From Leptolyngbyaceae cyanobacterium (GTDB lineage: Bacteria; Cyanobacteriota; Cyanobacteriia; Phormidesmidales; Phormidesmidaceae), in NCBI GenBank assembly GCA_965263355.1, contig CBDHHL010000056.1, positions 736,001 to 800,000 on the forward strand: a stretch of 64,000 nt of DNA, given 5' to 3'. Below, in pieces: positions 1 through 11,384 of the stretch. The stretch's first letter is position 1, and each line of letters opens with the position of its first letter. Made by a program: the position numbers and the translations under genes. Below the pieces are notes generated by a model. The model worked only from the letters and a program-made list of their open reading frames with translations. It did no database searches and was not told where the DNA came from.

Positions 1-83
1 AATATTGTCGATAAACCCCATCATTTCCTCATATTGTTTAAGTAAGCTTTGAGTAAAGCAGAGCTTATAAGGGTAATGGTTCT

Positions 84-599
84 ATGCTTCCATCTACTCA
101 GATATCAAAAGCGTTTGAATATGATTTTTTAGTGATTGGCTATGGTGATGAACGATATGGCGATGATGCTGTTGGTCCTCGGGTAGCTATGGCGGTTTCC
201 GATTGGAATGTGTCTGCAGTTAAAGGGCTAGCAGTTCCCCAACTCACACCAGAACTGACAGCTGAGTTAGCAAAAGCGAACTATGCCATGTTTGTTGATG
301 CCTGTGCTCATCAGAATATTCAAACAGTGCAAATCGACCCGATTTCTGTCTATGACGAGCAGCCATCCTCTATGGCATTTGCAGCTAACAACTACGATCC
401 TCTTCCTCTGCTCAATCTTACCCAGCGTCTCTATAAGCGTCACCCCCAGGCATGGTTGGTGCAAATTCCGATTAAATCCTGTGACTTGGATAGTGAACTT
501 TCGTCTCTAGCACATCAGGGATGCGATCGCGCTCTGAAATCGATTGCACAATTCTTAGTCACCTATCGACAGCCAGACCGATGCATGGAATCAACCTAA
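84..599 (+). CDS. Hydrogenase maturation protease (HoxW/HyaD-like)
   Basis: LVIGYGxxxxGDDAVG N-terminal motif, FVDA motif, 171 aa. Confidence 0.75.
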   Translation: MLPSTQISKAFEYDFLVIGYGDERYGDDAVGPRVAMAVSDWNVSAVKGLAVPQLTPELTAELAKANYAMFVDACAHQNIQTVQIDPISVYDEQPSSMAFAANNYDPLPLLNLTQRLYKRHPQAWLVQIPIKSCDLDSELSSLAHQGCDRALKSIAQFLVTYRQPDRCMEST

Positions 600-621
600 T
601 GTAGAGCCCAAGGAGGATCTA

Positions 622-744
622 ATGGATACACCTGGAATATTGTCATTAGAACAAGAATTTCAACTTAAAGTCTTTAAGGCACAGGTTGAAAATCTCTCGA
701 AGGAACCCCCTGGCGTCCTTACACTATGTTTCCAAAGTTTATAA
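622..744 (+). pseudogene. nblA: Truncated NblA phycobilisome degradation protein
   Basis: AGGAGG RBS at 611-616; translation MDTPGILSLEQEFQLKVFKAQVENLSKE matches the NblA LSLEQxF...QV..LS motif, then similarity is lost at ~706. Confidence 0.65.
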
Positions 745-1553
745 TCCCTGACCATATGGCTATGGGTTCACGAGGATTCTCCATATTTCAGAAACTGTTG
801 AGTGAAGGTTGGGAAATTATTGCCAGCGATAAGGCCAATCAGCTATCGCTATTTAATGCCCCAGAGTCAACACCATGACAGAGTCCGTGCGAATACAGAG
901 TCGCCCTGCGCTGTGGTTACTCATACAGTCCCCATGATTTCTTGGTACTTTGGAGGTACAAATGAGGTAATCAAAATCAAAAGGTTGTTTCTACTACTGA
1001 GGTGCTTAGGAGATATGACACTACTTTATTGGAAAAGATCACGAACCCCACTGTGAGATGCGACTCCTGGTAGGTATCCACAGGCATCGATGGCAGCTAC
1101 AGTCTGGCCATAGATCGCGTAAACGACACTTTAAGGCAAAAGTGCTGGTGGGTTCCCATAGACAGTCACAAAAATCACAGATAGAGCCACGGGAACCACT
1201 GATAGATTTAGCATTACTGCTGGGCGTACTGATTGTCGTGATACCTAGACTACTCTTTCCACCACAGCCGTTACAGCTAAAGCCTATGGTGGCAGAGTTT
1301 GGATTAGTCGCTCTCCGCATCAGTGTTGTGCATCTGTCCCAGTAATACTGCGATTGATGTAAAGATTCCCCGGACATCGATGCGATAATAGTAGATCCAT
1401 AACACCCCAGATAGACACATTCGTTTTAGTTAGTCTATTATCCCCTAAGCTATGTATAAACGGGCTTTACGGAATCCCGCCATGCGGAACCAGTGCCGCA
1501 TTTGCTGATGGCCTGATAAATATGCCAAAGCTTGTCAGTTAACCATAGAAGAA

Positions 1554-2342
1554 TTAAAACGTAACAAATTTTGGCTTACGTTTGTCGATAAAGGCAGCCA
1601 TACCTTCTCGTCCTTCAGCTGAGTTAGCACTAATAACAATCGCCTCACGTTCTGCATCTAGTTGTTGAGTCAAGGGTTGGTCAAATGCCTGGTCCATTAA
1701 CCGTTTTACCTGGCCAATCGTACCAATCGGCATATTCCCAACTCGCACGGCTAGGGCATAGGCGGCGGTATTAAAGGTATTATCAGAGGCAACACTGGTG
1801 ACCAAACCTAAATCCAACGCTTTAGCCGTCGGAATTTTTTCATCGAGCAGAACAATCTCTAACGCCCGACCCATACCCACTAACCGAGGCAGATTGAAAG
1901 TGCCACCTGCTGGTAAAGAGAAACCGTGGGAGGTATTTGATTGTTTGAGATAGGCAGTGCCAGCCATGATTCTGAGATCGCAAGCGAGGGCTAAAAACAA
2001 ACCTGCTCCAACAGCAGGACCATTAATAGCGGCAATAATCGGTTTAGACATTCGGCGCATTTCTCGGACACAGTCATGTAGCACGGTGGTCAACCCGAGA
2101 AATGCTTTGCCTGGATTATCGGGATTGACTTGGTGAACAAATTTGAGATCACCCCCTGCACAGAATCCAGGTCCTTGACCGGTAACAATTACTGCGCGAG
2201 TATCGTCATCTTTGGCCGCATCCACGAGGGCTTGCCAGAGGGCAACTGCCATGTCTAAATTAATGGCATTTAAGACCTCTGGGCGATTAAACGTAATGGT
2301 ACGAATTTGATTATGGGTAGTTACTAAAATGGGAGGTGTCAT
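1554..2342 (-). CDS. Enoyl-CoA hydratase/isomerase (PaaG-like)
   Basis: ITFNRPEVLNA, FCAGGDL, AAINGPAVGAG crotonase motifs. Confidence 0.9.
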   Translation of the reverse strand: MTPPILVTTHNQIRTITFNRPEVLNAINLDMAVALWQALVDAAKDDDTRAVIVTGQGPGFCAGGDLKFVHQVNPDNPGKAFLGLTTVLHDCVREMRRMSKPIIAAINGPAVGAGLFLALACDLRIMAGTAYLKQSNTSHGFSLPAGGTFNLPRLVGMGRALEIVLLDEKIPTAKALDLGLVTSVASDNTFNTAAYALAVRVGNMPIGTIGQVKRLMDQAFDQPLTQQLDAEREAIVISANSAEGREGMAAFIDKRKPKFVTF

Positions 2343-2787
2343 GGGTAGAAGAACTCCTGAATTGGTTAATGGAACTTTAAGTGTGAATAGGTAGCCTATG
2401 GAGAAAATCTGACGAATAATCCTAGAAACAGGATATTTAACAAGTCAGGCTTAAAGAAACAGACAATAACAAATCGATTTCGAGATTTTTTAGGTGATCT
2501 TTAGTCTGTTAAGTTGTGATTTATCTCACTAAAGCAACAACTAACGCATTGTTGCCAAAACTGGAAAAACTATTTTTTCATCTTGCCAAGAATGGAAAGA
2601 TAAGGCTAAATGGCTTAAGCATACTGGTATTAATCAATCAATACAGCGAGTATATTGGGGTATTAACTTTTCTTCGAAAACATATTTCGTGGGAGTTAAC
2701 ACCCCATTTTTCTAACTTATTTTTATTAGAAAGTATTGGTCAGGTAACAAATAACGGTAGTATGAGTATGGTTTTTATCAGGTAATT

Positions 2788-3966
2788 GTGGTGAGGAAGC
2801 AATTTTCCTCTTTTTTCTCAACTCTTCCAGCTTGGTTTTCTCGTTCTGCTACCCCTGAGCCGACTGAAGATCTGGTTAATGCGCCGCCAAGGGTACTTAA
2901 TAGTTTGGGTAACCAGTTGACCCAGTTATCGATACCTCAGCCTTATCAGACAACCATCCAAGATACATTAGGCCAGGCGCTTCAAGACTGGCAGGCAAAT
3001 CCTGAATTTGAAAATAATAGTTTGGTGGTTTTAGGGCGACCGGTGGAAGACATTGGTCCCATTCTTAAAGCCAGCTTGCATGAAAAATTTCCTGACTGTG
3101 AGGTGCGTTTTTTCTTGGGAGGCTACCATCGCCCACCGGATCCGTTAACGGTTCCTCAGCATCTTAAGCGAGAGTTAGAATCTGGAACGGAAGTCCCTAA
3201 CGAAGTCGCCACACCTGTCACTCAAACGGATCTGGATAACCATGTGCCCACCATTATGGTGGTATCTAGTTTGGAGCAGTGTTTTCTGCGTTGCATTCAG
3301 GGCTGGGAAGGGGTTGAGTATCTACAAACGCTAAGTACCCAGGACTCATCACGATTTTGGGTATTTGGCTGTAATCATTGGACCTGGAGTTTTTTAGAAC
3401 GGGTTTGCCAGATCAGTGCTTATTTTGAACAGGCAATAGCGTTACCCAAACTGTCTGGTCCAGAGCTAAAGGCGTGGTTAATGCCGTTACTAGAGACGGC
3501 GTTGGCATCCCAGACAACGGGGCCTATGGTGCAGGTTACAGCGGCCAGCGATGGCTATTGGAATAGTCTGGCGAGTACGGCGGATGGGATTGCGAGTACG
3601 GCAGCTCAGATTTGGCTCAAATCTTTACGAATTCGGGCGGATGCATTGACGGACGAAGGGGCGGTGACGGACGAGGTTGATTTGATTGAGCTATTGCCCA
3701 CTAAACCCGCACTGCCAGGACTGATGACCCTGGAGCCTATGGATCGGTACTTGCTTCATTCGTTATTGATTCATCGGGAAATGACGCGATCGCACCTGGC
3801 CATCAGCCTAGGCGAAGCTGAACGTAAAATCCGGTCCCGTTTGCAAGTCTTAAGGCGCGAAGGCATTATCCGCCAGCGGGGACGTCGGTTTAGCGTTCAT
3901 CCAGCCCATTATCCTAAGCTTTACAACGAACTGGGCAATAACAACTTTTTAATCGGTGATGCCTAG
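2788..3966 (+). CDS. Conserved hypothetical protein with C-terminal winged HTH, upstream partner of MscS gene
   Basis: 392-aa ORF; C-terminal LAISLGEAERKIRSRLQVLRREGII HTH-like segment. Confidence 0.6.
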   Translation: MVRKQFSSFFSTLPAWFSRSATPEPTEDLVNAPPRVLNSLGNQLTQLSIPQPYQTTIQDTLGQALQDWQANPEFENNSLVVLGRPVEDIGPILKASLHEKFPDCEVRFFLGGYHRPPDPLTVPQHLKRELESGTEVPNEVATPVTQTDLDNHVPTIMVVSSLEQCFLRCIQGWEGVEYLQTLSTQDSSRFWVFGCNHWTWSFLERVCQISAYFEQAIALPKLSGPELKAWLMPLLETALASQTTGPMVQVTAASDGYWNSLASTADGIASTAAQIWLKSLRIRADALTDEGAVTDEVDLIELLPTKPALPGLMTLEPMDRYLLHSLLIHREMTRSHLAISLGEAERKIRSRLQVLRREGIIRQRGRRFSVHPAHYPKLYNELGNNNFLIGDA

Positions 3967-3976
3967 GGAGAACGCT

Positions 3977-4879
3977 ATGATCAAGGTTTGTCGGAGTGCG
4001 ATCGCAACTGCCATAGCCACCCTCGCCGTAGTGCCCCTGGCAAACATTGCGGTGGCTCAAGACACCATTCCAGCCGCAGAGACCCTGGAAACCCTCGACC
4101 TATTTAAGCCACCCAAACCGGCAGAGATTGGTCAAGCCGGTTTAACCGTGCTGGTGGCCTACGGCTTATTATTCTTAATTCGCGTTGGCACCAACATCCT
4201 GTCAGAACAGGTACCCCGTCGATTCAGATTGATTATCAAACAGTCGGTCCCGTTTCTCAAGGGAATAGTCCTGATCTTTACCATCGGCTATGTGTTACCC
4301 CTGTTTCTCAATCTGACAGGGCGTAACCTGATTGCCCTAACCGGCACCATTGCCGTTGCCCTGGGCTTTGCCTTTAAGGACTACGCGAGTTCCATTATTG
4401 CCGGTGTAGTCAACCTGTTTGAAGGTCCCTTCCGCATGGGCGATCGGGTCCAAATTGGCGACCACTATGGCGAAGTGATTGACTATGGTCTGCGGGGCGT
4501 ACGGTTACAAACTCCGGATGACAATGCCGTTACCATTCCCCACAACACCACCTGGACCAATCCCATTTCCAATGCCAACAGCGGTCAGCTCGAAGCCCAG
4601 GTAGTCACCGAGTTTTACTTTGCCCACCAGGCCGATACGGAGCTGGCGGTCGAAATCCTTTATCAGGCTGCCTACAGTAGTCGCTATACCCAGCTTCAAC
4701 TGCCGGTCATGGTGGTGGTCTCGGAAGAGACCTGGGCCACCCATTTAAAGCTAAAGTCCTACCCTATGGATGCACGGGATGAATATATCTACAAGACTGA
4801 TCTGATTTTGCGGATCAAAAAAGCTTGCACCCGACATCAATTGCCCTATCCAAGAACACCCAGCGAAGAAGAAATTTAA
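3977..4879 (+). CDS. Small-conductance mechanosensitive channel (MscS family)
   Basis: ALGFAFKD..SSIIAG, PFRMGDRVQIG, GEVIDYGLR, IPHN motifs. Confidence 0.9.
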   Translation: MIKVCRSAIATAIATLAVVPLANIAVAQDTIPAAETLETLDLFKPPKPAEIGQAGLTVLVAYGLLFLIRVGTNILSEQVPRRFRLIIKQSVPFLKGIVLIFTIGYVLPLFLNLTGRNLIALTGTIAVALGFAFKDYASSIIAGVVNLFEGPFRMGDRVQIGDHYGEVIDYGLRGVRLQTPDDNAVTIPHNTTWTNPISNANSGQLEAQVVTEFYFAHQADTELAVEILYQAAYSSRYTQLQLPVMVVVSEETWATHLKLKSYPMDARDEYIYKTDLILRIKKACTRHQLPYPRTPSEEEI

Positions 4880-4903
4880 ACGTCGCAAGCGTTTCACGCG
4901 TAA

Positions 4904-5036
4904 CTTGGGTTCGAGGAACTAAGAAGGCTAGAACACGGGGTGTGGTGGTTTCACTTTTGGCGAAGAAAACTTGCTGATGAGCGAATTTGCGTACGGTCGG
5001 CTTGTTGGTCAGAGACTCAGTTCTCTCGAAACCTAT
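4904..5036. repeat. Possible MITE-like element with imperfect ~20-bp terminal inverted repeats
   Basis: TTGGGTTCGAGGAACTAAG at the left vs CTCAGTTCTCTCGAAACCTA at the right, between convergent genes. Confidence 0.3.
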
Positions 5037-5067
5037 TAACCGTAGATAAATATGTGGATAATCCCCC

Positions 5068-5868
5068 TTAAGGAATCGACTTTTCAAAAACTGGAGATTC
5101 TAAGTGAAGATATTTTGACAGCCAATACACACATACATAAAACGGCCCTGTATCCAATAGTGCGGCCACCAACTTAAATACATAACCGTAGCCAATAAAT
5201 AGAAACAACTGAGGCCAAAGACCTTGGGTTGGATCAATGGGCAACACCCCTGCAAAAAAGTGGGTAATTAGAACAACGGCTGAGGTGTCTACTAGCTGAC
5301 TGAGCAGTGTGGACCCATTGTTTCGTAACCAAAGATATTTCCCCTGGGTCAACTCTTTCCAAAAATGAAACAGTTGCACATCCACAAACTGTGCTGTCAG
5401 GTACGCAATCATTGACGCCGTTACCGTGCCAAATGTGAGATTACGAATCTCAAAAAACACAGGCACCCGACCCGCCGCATCTCTTATCAGGTCCCCTGTA
5501 CTCGGATCAATCGCCTCAAACCCTGGTAAAACACCCCCTAACCAAACAATAAACACCACCCACAAATTCAGCAACAAGCCAACCCAAACCACCTGATTAG
5601 CCCGTTTCTGCCCATATAGCTCAGAAATCAAATCAGTGCACAAAAACGTCAGTGGGTAGGGCAATGCCCCAACCGCCACCGTCACCGCAAAATCATGCCA
5701 GGTAAACACATTGACAAATCGGCTAATGCCGAGAATATTCAGCATTGCCAAGGTACCGAGAAATAGGCCTGCTAGAACTAAAAAAACAACCGCACGACGC
5801 TCTTGAATACGCTCAGGTACTAATTTTTGGGAAACTTCAGAGACTGAAGATTTTATGCTGGCTGTCAT
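5068..5868 (-). CDS. Queuosine precursor transporter (YhhQ/DUF165)
   Basis: YPLTFLCTDLISELYG, WLRNNGSTLLSQLVDT motifs; hydrophobic. Confidence 0.9.
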   Translation of the reverse strand: MTASIKSSVSEVSQKLVPERIQERRAVVFLVLAGLFLGTLAMLNILGISRFVNVFTWHDFAVTVAVGALPYPLTFLCTDLISELYGQKRANQVVWVGLLLNLWVVFIVWLGGVLPGFEAIDPSTGDLIRDAAGRVPVFFEIRNLTFGTVTASMIAYLTAQFVDVQLFHFWKELTQGKYLWLRNNGSTLLSQLVDTSAVVLITHFFAGVLPIDPTQGLWPQLFLFIGYGYVFKLVAALLDTGPFYVCVYWLSKYLHLESPVFEKSIP

Positions 5869-5928
5869 AGATATAGGTACTGTTAAAAAAGTAGACCTGA
5901 ATGATACAACAAACAAAATTGCATAAAC

Positions 5929-6426
5929 TTAATCAGTTCCCCCCCACGCCCAACGAGGATTTCCTTCACGCATTCCCTGAAAAAGAATCACAGAGGTAAA
6001 TCCATTTGGATCGCCTACCCCAGTCATATCTAAAATCGCTCTGGCCTTACCATCACTGATCTGTACTCGAATATATGAATGGCCCTGAAAATTCTCACCA
6101 TCTATAGTTGTAATCCCAGCCGTCGCTTCGCAACTGGCATATTCAGGCTTAAGCGTACCAACCCAAACAACTGTAAAGTCAGTTGCTTGGGAAACACTGA
6201 TATCCATCGCAATCTCCCTCAGCTGAATCATACCGTCGGTGGCATATCCTCCTGAAAACGGTGGGCGAGGTGTTTCATAGGCTATCAGTTTTTTAGGACA
6301 ACCTGTATCTGACGAGTCGAGGGTCGGCAAAATAATTAAGTCAGCTTGTCTGGCCAATGAGACACTACCCAAGCTACTCAAAAGGCTCAAGGGCAGAGCC
6401 CACAATAGTGCTTTGCTCAGATTCAT
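5929..6426 (-). CDS. Hypothetical secreted protein
   Basis: 165-aa ORF with N-terminal signal-peptide-like segment. Confidence 0.6.
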   Translation of the reverse strand: MNLSKALLWALPLSLLSSLGSVSLARQADLIILPTLDSSDTGCPKKLIAYETPRPPFSGGYATDGMIQLREIAMDISVSQATDFTVVWVGTLKPEYASCEATAGITTIDGENFQGHSYIRVQISDGKARAILDMTGVGDPNGFTSVILFQGMREGNPRWAWGGTD

Positions 6427-6663
6427 TGATCATCCTAGAACTGTGGTCAATGCTTCTTTTATATAGCTGATAAATAGATTTGGCACTATCAGCCCAAGAA
6501 TACGTGTCATTTCTTATGACGGTTTTTAGCTTTGATACCTTACCAATTCCATCCAGATGGGCGACAGACGACTAGAATTGATTAGGCAATTCTGTAAGGC
6601 TGCCGAACGTAGGTAACCACAGATGTATCCAGTAGAACAATAGCTAAAAAGGGGAAACCAAAC

Positions 6664-9249
6664 GTGGAGTCTCGATATAATCCAGCCGACATCGAGAAAA
6701 AGTGGCAGCAGCAATGGGCTGAGCAGGATCTAGACAAGACGCCTGCTTCCCCAGGGCAGAAAAAATTCTATGCCCTGTCCATGTTTCCCTATCCCTCTGG
6801 TAACCTGCACATGGGCCATGTGCGCAACTACACTATTACCGACGTTATTGCCCGAGTGCGACGGATGCAGGGGTACAACGTATTGCATCCTATGGGCTGG
6901 GATGCCTTTGGCCTACCGGCAGAGAATGCGGCGATTGATCGGGGTATTCCGCCAGCCAAGTGGACTTATCAAAACATTGGCCAAATGCGGGAGCAGCTAA
7001 AGGAACTGGGCCTTTCCTATGACTGGGATCGAGAAGTGGCTACCTGCTCACCCGATTACTATCGATGGACTCAGTGGATCTTTTTGCAGTTTTACAAAGC
7101 AGAGCTAGCCTATCAGAAAGAAGCGGCGGTTAACTGGGACCCCATTGATCAAACCGTACTGGCAAATGAACAGGTGGACAGCGAAGGGCGGTCCTGGCGG
7201 TCAGGTGCAAAGGTGGAGCGTAAGCTTCTTCGTCAGTGGTTTCTAAAGATTACGGACTATGCCGATCAGTTGCTGGCTGACCTTGACCAGCTGGATGGTT
7301 GGCCTGAGCGGGTGAAGCTGATGCAGGCCAACTGGATTGGTAAGTCCACTGGAGCCTATGTGGTATTCACCACCGAAGACGGCGACGATATAAAAATCTA
7401 CACCACTCGCCCAGATACACTTTGGGGCGCATCTTTTATGGTGCTGTCCCCGGAGCATCCACTGGTAGAAAAACTCACGACAGCGGACCAGGCGGACGCG
7501 ATTAAGGCCTACCAGGATATGGCAGCAGGCATGAGCGAAATGGACCGCACCGCCGAGAACCGCGAGAAGACTGGTGTGTGGACCGGTAGCTATGCCATCA
7601 ATCCAGTTAATGAGCAGAAAATCCCTATCTGGATTGCAGACTACGTGTTGATGGATTACGGTACTGGTGCAATTATGGCGGTGCCTGCCCACGATCAGCG
7701 AGACTTTGAGTTTGCTCGAAAGTTTAATTTACCGATCCATGTGGTGGTGCAACCCGAAGGAGAAGCCTTAGAAGCAGACCTCATGGAAGAGGCCTATTCC
7801 CACGATGGGGTGATGGTTAATTCTGGTCCCTTGGATGGGATTGCTGCCGGTAAGGGAGAAGGTCAGAGCGTACCAGCCGCGATTAAATGGCTAGAGGACA
7901 ACAACCGGGGAGAAGGGACCAATAACTATCGTTTGCGAGACTGGTTGATTTCTCGTCAGCGCTATTGGGGTGTACCCATACCCATGATCTACTGCGATAC
8001 CTGTGGTACGGTGCCGGTGCCTGAGGAGCAGCTACCAGTGGTATTGCCTGAGGACGTGGAGTTTAGCGCCCGTGGCGGTTCTCCTTTGGCGAAGATGACA
8101 GACTGGATCAATTGTAAGTGTCCTATATGTGACGCGGATGCTAAGCGGGAAACGGACACGATGGATACATTTATCGATTCATCCTGGTATTTCTTACGCT
8201 ACAGCGATGCAAAGAATGAAGCGTTGCCCTTTGCCAAGGAGAATGCGGATGAATGGCTGCCTGTAAACCAGTATGTGGGCGGTATTGAGCATGCAATTTT
8301 GCACCTGTTGTATTCGCGTTTTTTTACCAAGGTATTGCGCGATCGCAACCTGGTCTCCATTGACGAGCCCTTCCAGCGACTGCTCACCCAGGGCATGGTT
8401 CAAGCCATGACCTACAAAAATCCGATCACCGGTAAATACATCGCCCCAGGCGACATTGCCGACCTCGACGAGCCCAAAGATCCCGAGACCGGCGATCCAC
8501 TCCAGGTGTTCTACGAAAAAATGTCCAAATCCAAGTACAACGGTGTAGAACCCCGTGTCGTATTGGGTAAATATGGGGCCGACACCGCCCGCATGTTCAT
8601 CCTATTCAAAGCTCCCCCCGAGAAGGATCTGGAATGGGACGATGCCGATGTAGAAGGTCAATTCCGCTTCTTAAATCGGGTGTGGCTATTGGTAAGCGAC
8701 TTTGCGGAGTCCCAAGCCAACCAGGGTTTGATCACCGATATTGATCAAAGTAGCCTAAGCAAAGCCGATAAAGATCTGCGTCGTGCTATCCACACAGCCA
8801 TCAAAGAAGTTTCAGAGGACGTAGAAGAAGGCTATCAGTTCAACACCGCAGTCTCTGAGCTAATGAAATTGAGCAATGCCCTTAAGGATACCGAACAGCA
8901 GGACAGCGATGTCTATGGGGAGGGTATCCAGGCCTTGGTCCGTCTGTTAGCCCCCTTTGCCCCCCACATCTCTGAAGAACTGTGGCAACAGCTAGGCTTT
9001 AGCGAGTCAGTGCATCGTCAAAGCTGGCCAACATTTGAAGAAAGTGCACTGGTCGCCGATGAGATTACCCTGGTGATCCAAATCAAAGGCAAAACCCGAG
9101 GCACCATTTCAGTGCCCGCCAACGCCAGCAAAGACGAGCTAGAGCAGTATGCTCGCGATTCTGACATTGCCAAGAAACATCTCGAAGGTAAAGAGATCAA
9201 AAAAGTGATTGTAGTTCCAGGCAAACTGGTGAACTTTGTCGCTGTTTAA
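6664..9249 (+). CDS. leuS: Leucine--tRNA ligase
   Basis: [13 protein letters not shown] (HIGH), KMSKS, TTRPDT editing domain. Confidence 0.99.
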   Translation: MESRYNPADIEKKWQQQWAEQDLDKTPASPGQKKFYALSMFPYPSGNLHMGHVRNYTITDVIARVRRMQGYNVLHPMGWDAFGLPAENAAIDRGIPPAKWTYQNIGQMREQLKELGLSYDWDREVATCSPDYYRWTQWIFLQFYKAELAYQKEAAVNWDPIDQTVLANEQVDSEGRSWRSGAKVERKLLRQWFLKITDYADQLLADLDQLDGWPERVKLMQANWIGKSTGAYVVFTTEDGDDIKIYTTRPDTLWGASFMVLSPEHPLVEKLTTADQADAIKAYQDMAAGMSEMDRTAENREKTGVWTGSYAINPVNEQKIPIWIADYVLMDYGTGAIMAVPAHDQRDFEFARKFNLPIHVVVQPEGEALEADLMEEAYSHDGVMVNSGPLDGIAAGKGEGQSVPAAIKWLEDNNRGEGTNNYRLRDWLISRQRYWGVPIPMIYCDTCGTVPVPEEQLPVVLPEDVEFSARGGSPLAKMTDWINCKCPICDADAKRETDTMDTFIDSSWYFLRYSDAKNEALPFAKENADEWLPVNQYVGGIEHAILHLLYSRFFTKVLRDRNLVSIDEPFQRLLTQGMVQAMTYKNPITGKYIAPGDIADLDEPKDPETGDPLQVFYEKMSKSKYNGVEPRVVLGKYGADTARMFILFKAPPEKDLEWDDADVEGQFRFLNRVWLLVSDFAESQANQGLITDIDQSSLSKADKDLRRAIHTAIKEVSEDVEEGYQFNTAVSELMKLSNALKDTEQQDSDVYGEGIQALVRLLAPFAPHISEELWQQLGFSESVHRQSWPTFEESALVADEITLVIQIKGKTRGTISVPANASKDELEQYARDSDIAKKHLEGKEIKKVIVVPGKLVNFVAV

Positions 9250-9358
9250 GATTAAGCCCTTGAGGGATGTTACATCAAATACGCTGAAAATATTATATTT
9301 GCTTAAATCCAGTATTTTAAGCTTATTATAAGTGCATGTGCTTCACTGACGTGTTAAG

Positions 9359-9417
9359 CCACGTCCAGGTTGAAATCGGTAGGTTCTTCTACAGAAAAAC
9401 CACCATTCTGGACGTGG
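9359..9417. repeat. 59-bp miniature inverted-repeat element, copy 1
   Basis: CCACGTCCAG...CTGGACGTGG termini; homologous inverted copy at 19910-19969. Confidence 0.7.
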
Positions 9418-9471
9418 ACAAGATTTAGTTTGCACCTTTCTCATTTCCCAAACTTGGAACATTAAACCACC

Positions 9472-9792
9472 ATGGCTGCTGAATATATTCTCGATGAAAC
9501 GGCCCTTGATAATCTGCTCACTAGCCAACCCTTAGTAGTTTTAGACTGTACGGCTTCCTGGTGTGGCCCATGTAAGCTAGTAGCTCCACTTATGGATCAA
9601 CTAGCTGAAGAATATGGTGATCAAGTCACCGTTGTTAAACTCGACATTGATCAAAATAAGGCGATCGCCAAACGATTTGGCATTAAAAGTATTCCCGCCG
9701 TATTGTTCTTTAAGCAAGGAGAACAAGTAGACACAGTAATCGGAGCCAAGCCCTATAGCGAGTTTAGTTCTACATTAGCCAAGTATCTCTGA
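9472..9792 (+). CDS. Thioredoxin
   Basis: WCGPC active site, 106 aa. Confidence 0.95.
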   Translation: MAAEYILDETALDNLLTSQPLVVLDCTASWCGPCKLVAPLMDQLAEEYGDQVTVVKLDIDQNKAIAKRFGIKSIPAVLFFKQGEQVDTVIGAKPYSEFSSTLAKYL

Positions 9793-10052
9793 GCAATAAA
9801 AAAAGTTGGCAGGTGTAGATTGTCTATAACTTTTTACATCTCTTGGAGATAACAACTTAAGCAGTTCACCCATATAAACTTAAGCTAGATAGCTTAATCA
9901 GCTAAATAACAACACCATTAGACTAAATGAACATCTTAGCTAAATAGGTAAGTTCGTAACTCAAACGAGACCAACATTCTCTTCGAGAGAATCTCCATGG
10001 GAACAAAAACCTATTTGTAGCTGAGTTGCTCATAACCTTCGAGAACAAGTCT

Positions 10053-10789
10053 ATGAACTTAACAAAACGCTGTATCGCCGAAGCTATCGGTACCATGTGG
10101 CTAGTATTAGGTGGCTGCGGCAGTGCCGTTTTAGCAGCCATCTTTACCGCTGGCGATCTCAATATCGGTATTGGTCTAGTCGGTGTTTCCCTTGCATTTG
10201 GTTTAACCGTTATGACCATGGCCTATGCCATTGGCCATATTTCTGGTTGTCACCTCAACCCAGCGGTTTCTTTTGGCCTTTGGGCAGGTAAACGCTTTCC
10301 TGGTTCAGAACTGTTGCCTTATATTATTGCCCAAGTGATTGGGGCAATTGTGGGTGCTGGCATCCTGCTGATTATTGCCAATGGTCAACCTGCTTTGAGC
10401 TAATCGGCTCAAACCCTCTAGCCACTAATGGATTTGGAGCCCATTCCCCCGGTGGATATTCTCTCCTGGCTTGTTTAGTGACCGAAATCGTCATGACCTT
10501 TATGTTTTTGATGATTATCCTGGGAGCAACAGATAGTAGAGCACCCAAAGGATTTGCGCCCATTGCCATCGGTCTTGGCCTCACACTGATTCACCTAATC
10601 AGTATTCCGGTTACAAATACCTCAGTAAATCCAGCCCGCAGTCTTGGACCCGCCATTTTTGCCGGTCCTGAACTGCTATCTCAAACCTGGTTATTCTGGA
10701 TTGCACCTATCTTAGGAGCCCTATTGGCAGGTTTCGTCTATAACTCTATTTTTGCCCCCAGTCGAGACACTGTACGTGAGCTGACCTAA
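10053..10789 (+). pseudogene. aqpZ: Aquaporin Z, frameshifted near 10390 (real or sequencing error)
   Basis: SGCHLNPAV in the first ORF and TSVNPARS in the second; the intervening [17 protein letters not shown] reads in the second frame. Confidence 0.85.
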
Positions 10790-11016
10790 TTTATAGACAT
10801 AGCAATCCTTTGAATGCATTCAATCGAAATCAACAGTTCAGTCATTCTCTCAAGGAAAATTCAGCTACATTGCGCAAACAATCCTTGATTTTCGAGACTA
10901 GACTGAAAATGCATCAATTAAACAAGTAGATTTGCGACTTACTGTATTGCTACTACTTGACCAATTGGCTGGTTTGTGTTTCCAATTTTTTATTCTCTGA
11001 CACGTTTGTGTTTTAT

Positions 11017-11052
11017 CTCCCAATGGGCTGTGGGCTCGTTGGGAGTTTTTTT
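11017..11052 (+). terminator. Rho-independent terminator
   Basis: CTCCCAA...TTGGGAG stem followed by T7. Confidence 0.65.
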
Positions 11053-11384
11053 ATTCCTTAAATATACTGAAATCAATCCGGTGAGCCTGTATATTTTTGC
11101 AGCATGACAGTATCTCAAGCTTGGGATCCGCTGGCTAACGTTACAACTACCCCCTAGGTAGAGTTTGTAACCTGATCAAGCTGGGTAAACTATGGACTGA
11201 AACATCCCCTCATCTTTATCCTAAAAATTACGGGTACAGATCGTTGAAATCCAGCAGCTATTTCCGTAAACCTACTTACTTATTGCGCCAACTTCATCGA
11301 TTTTTTAACAAACACAGAAAGTAGCTAAGAAAATAGATCCACATTACTTTTTGTGACATTGCTGCTCACTCGTAGATCTACTAT

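Noticed and set aside
1039..1377. Cys-rich 112-aa ORF as a RiPP precursor or metal-binding protein
   Set aside because: No recognisable leader or modifying enzymes nearby; overlapping ORFs on both strands suggest a spurious call
2516..2785. 89-aa ORF in AT-rich divergent intergenic region
   Set aside because: No motif; likely promoter DNA
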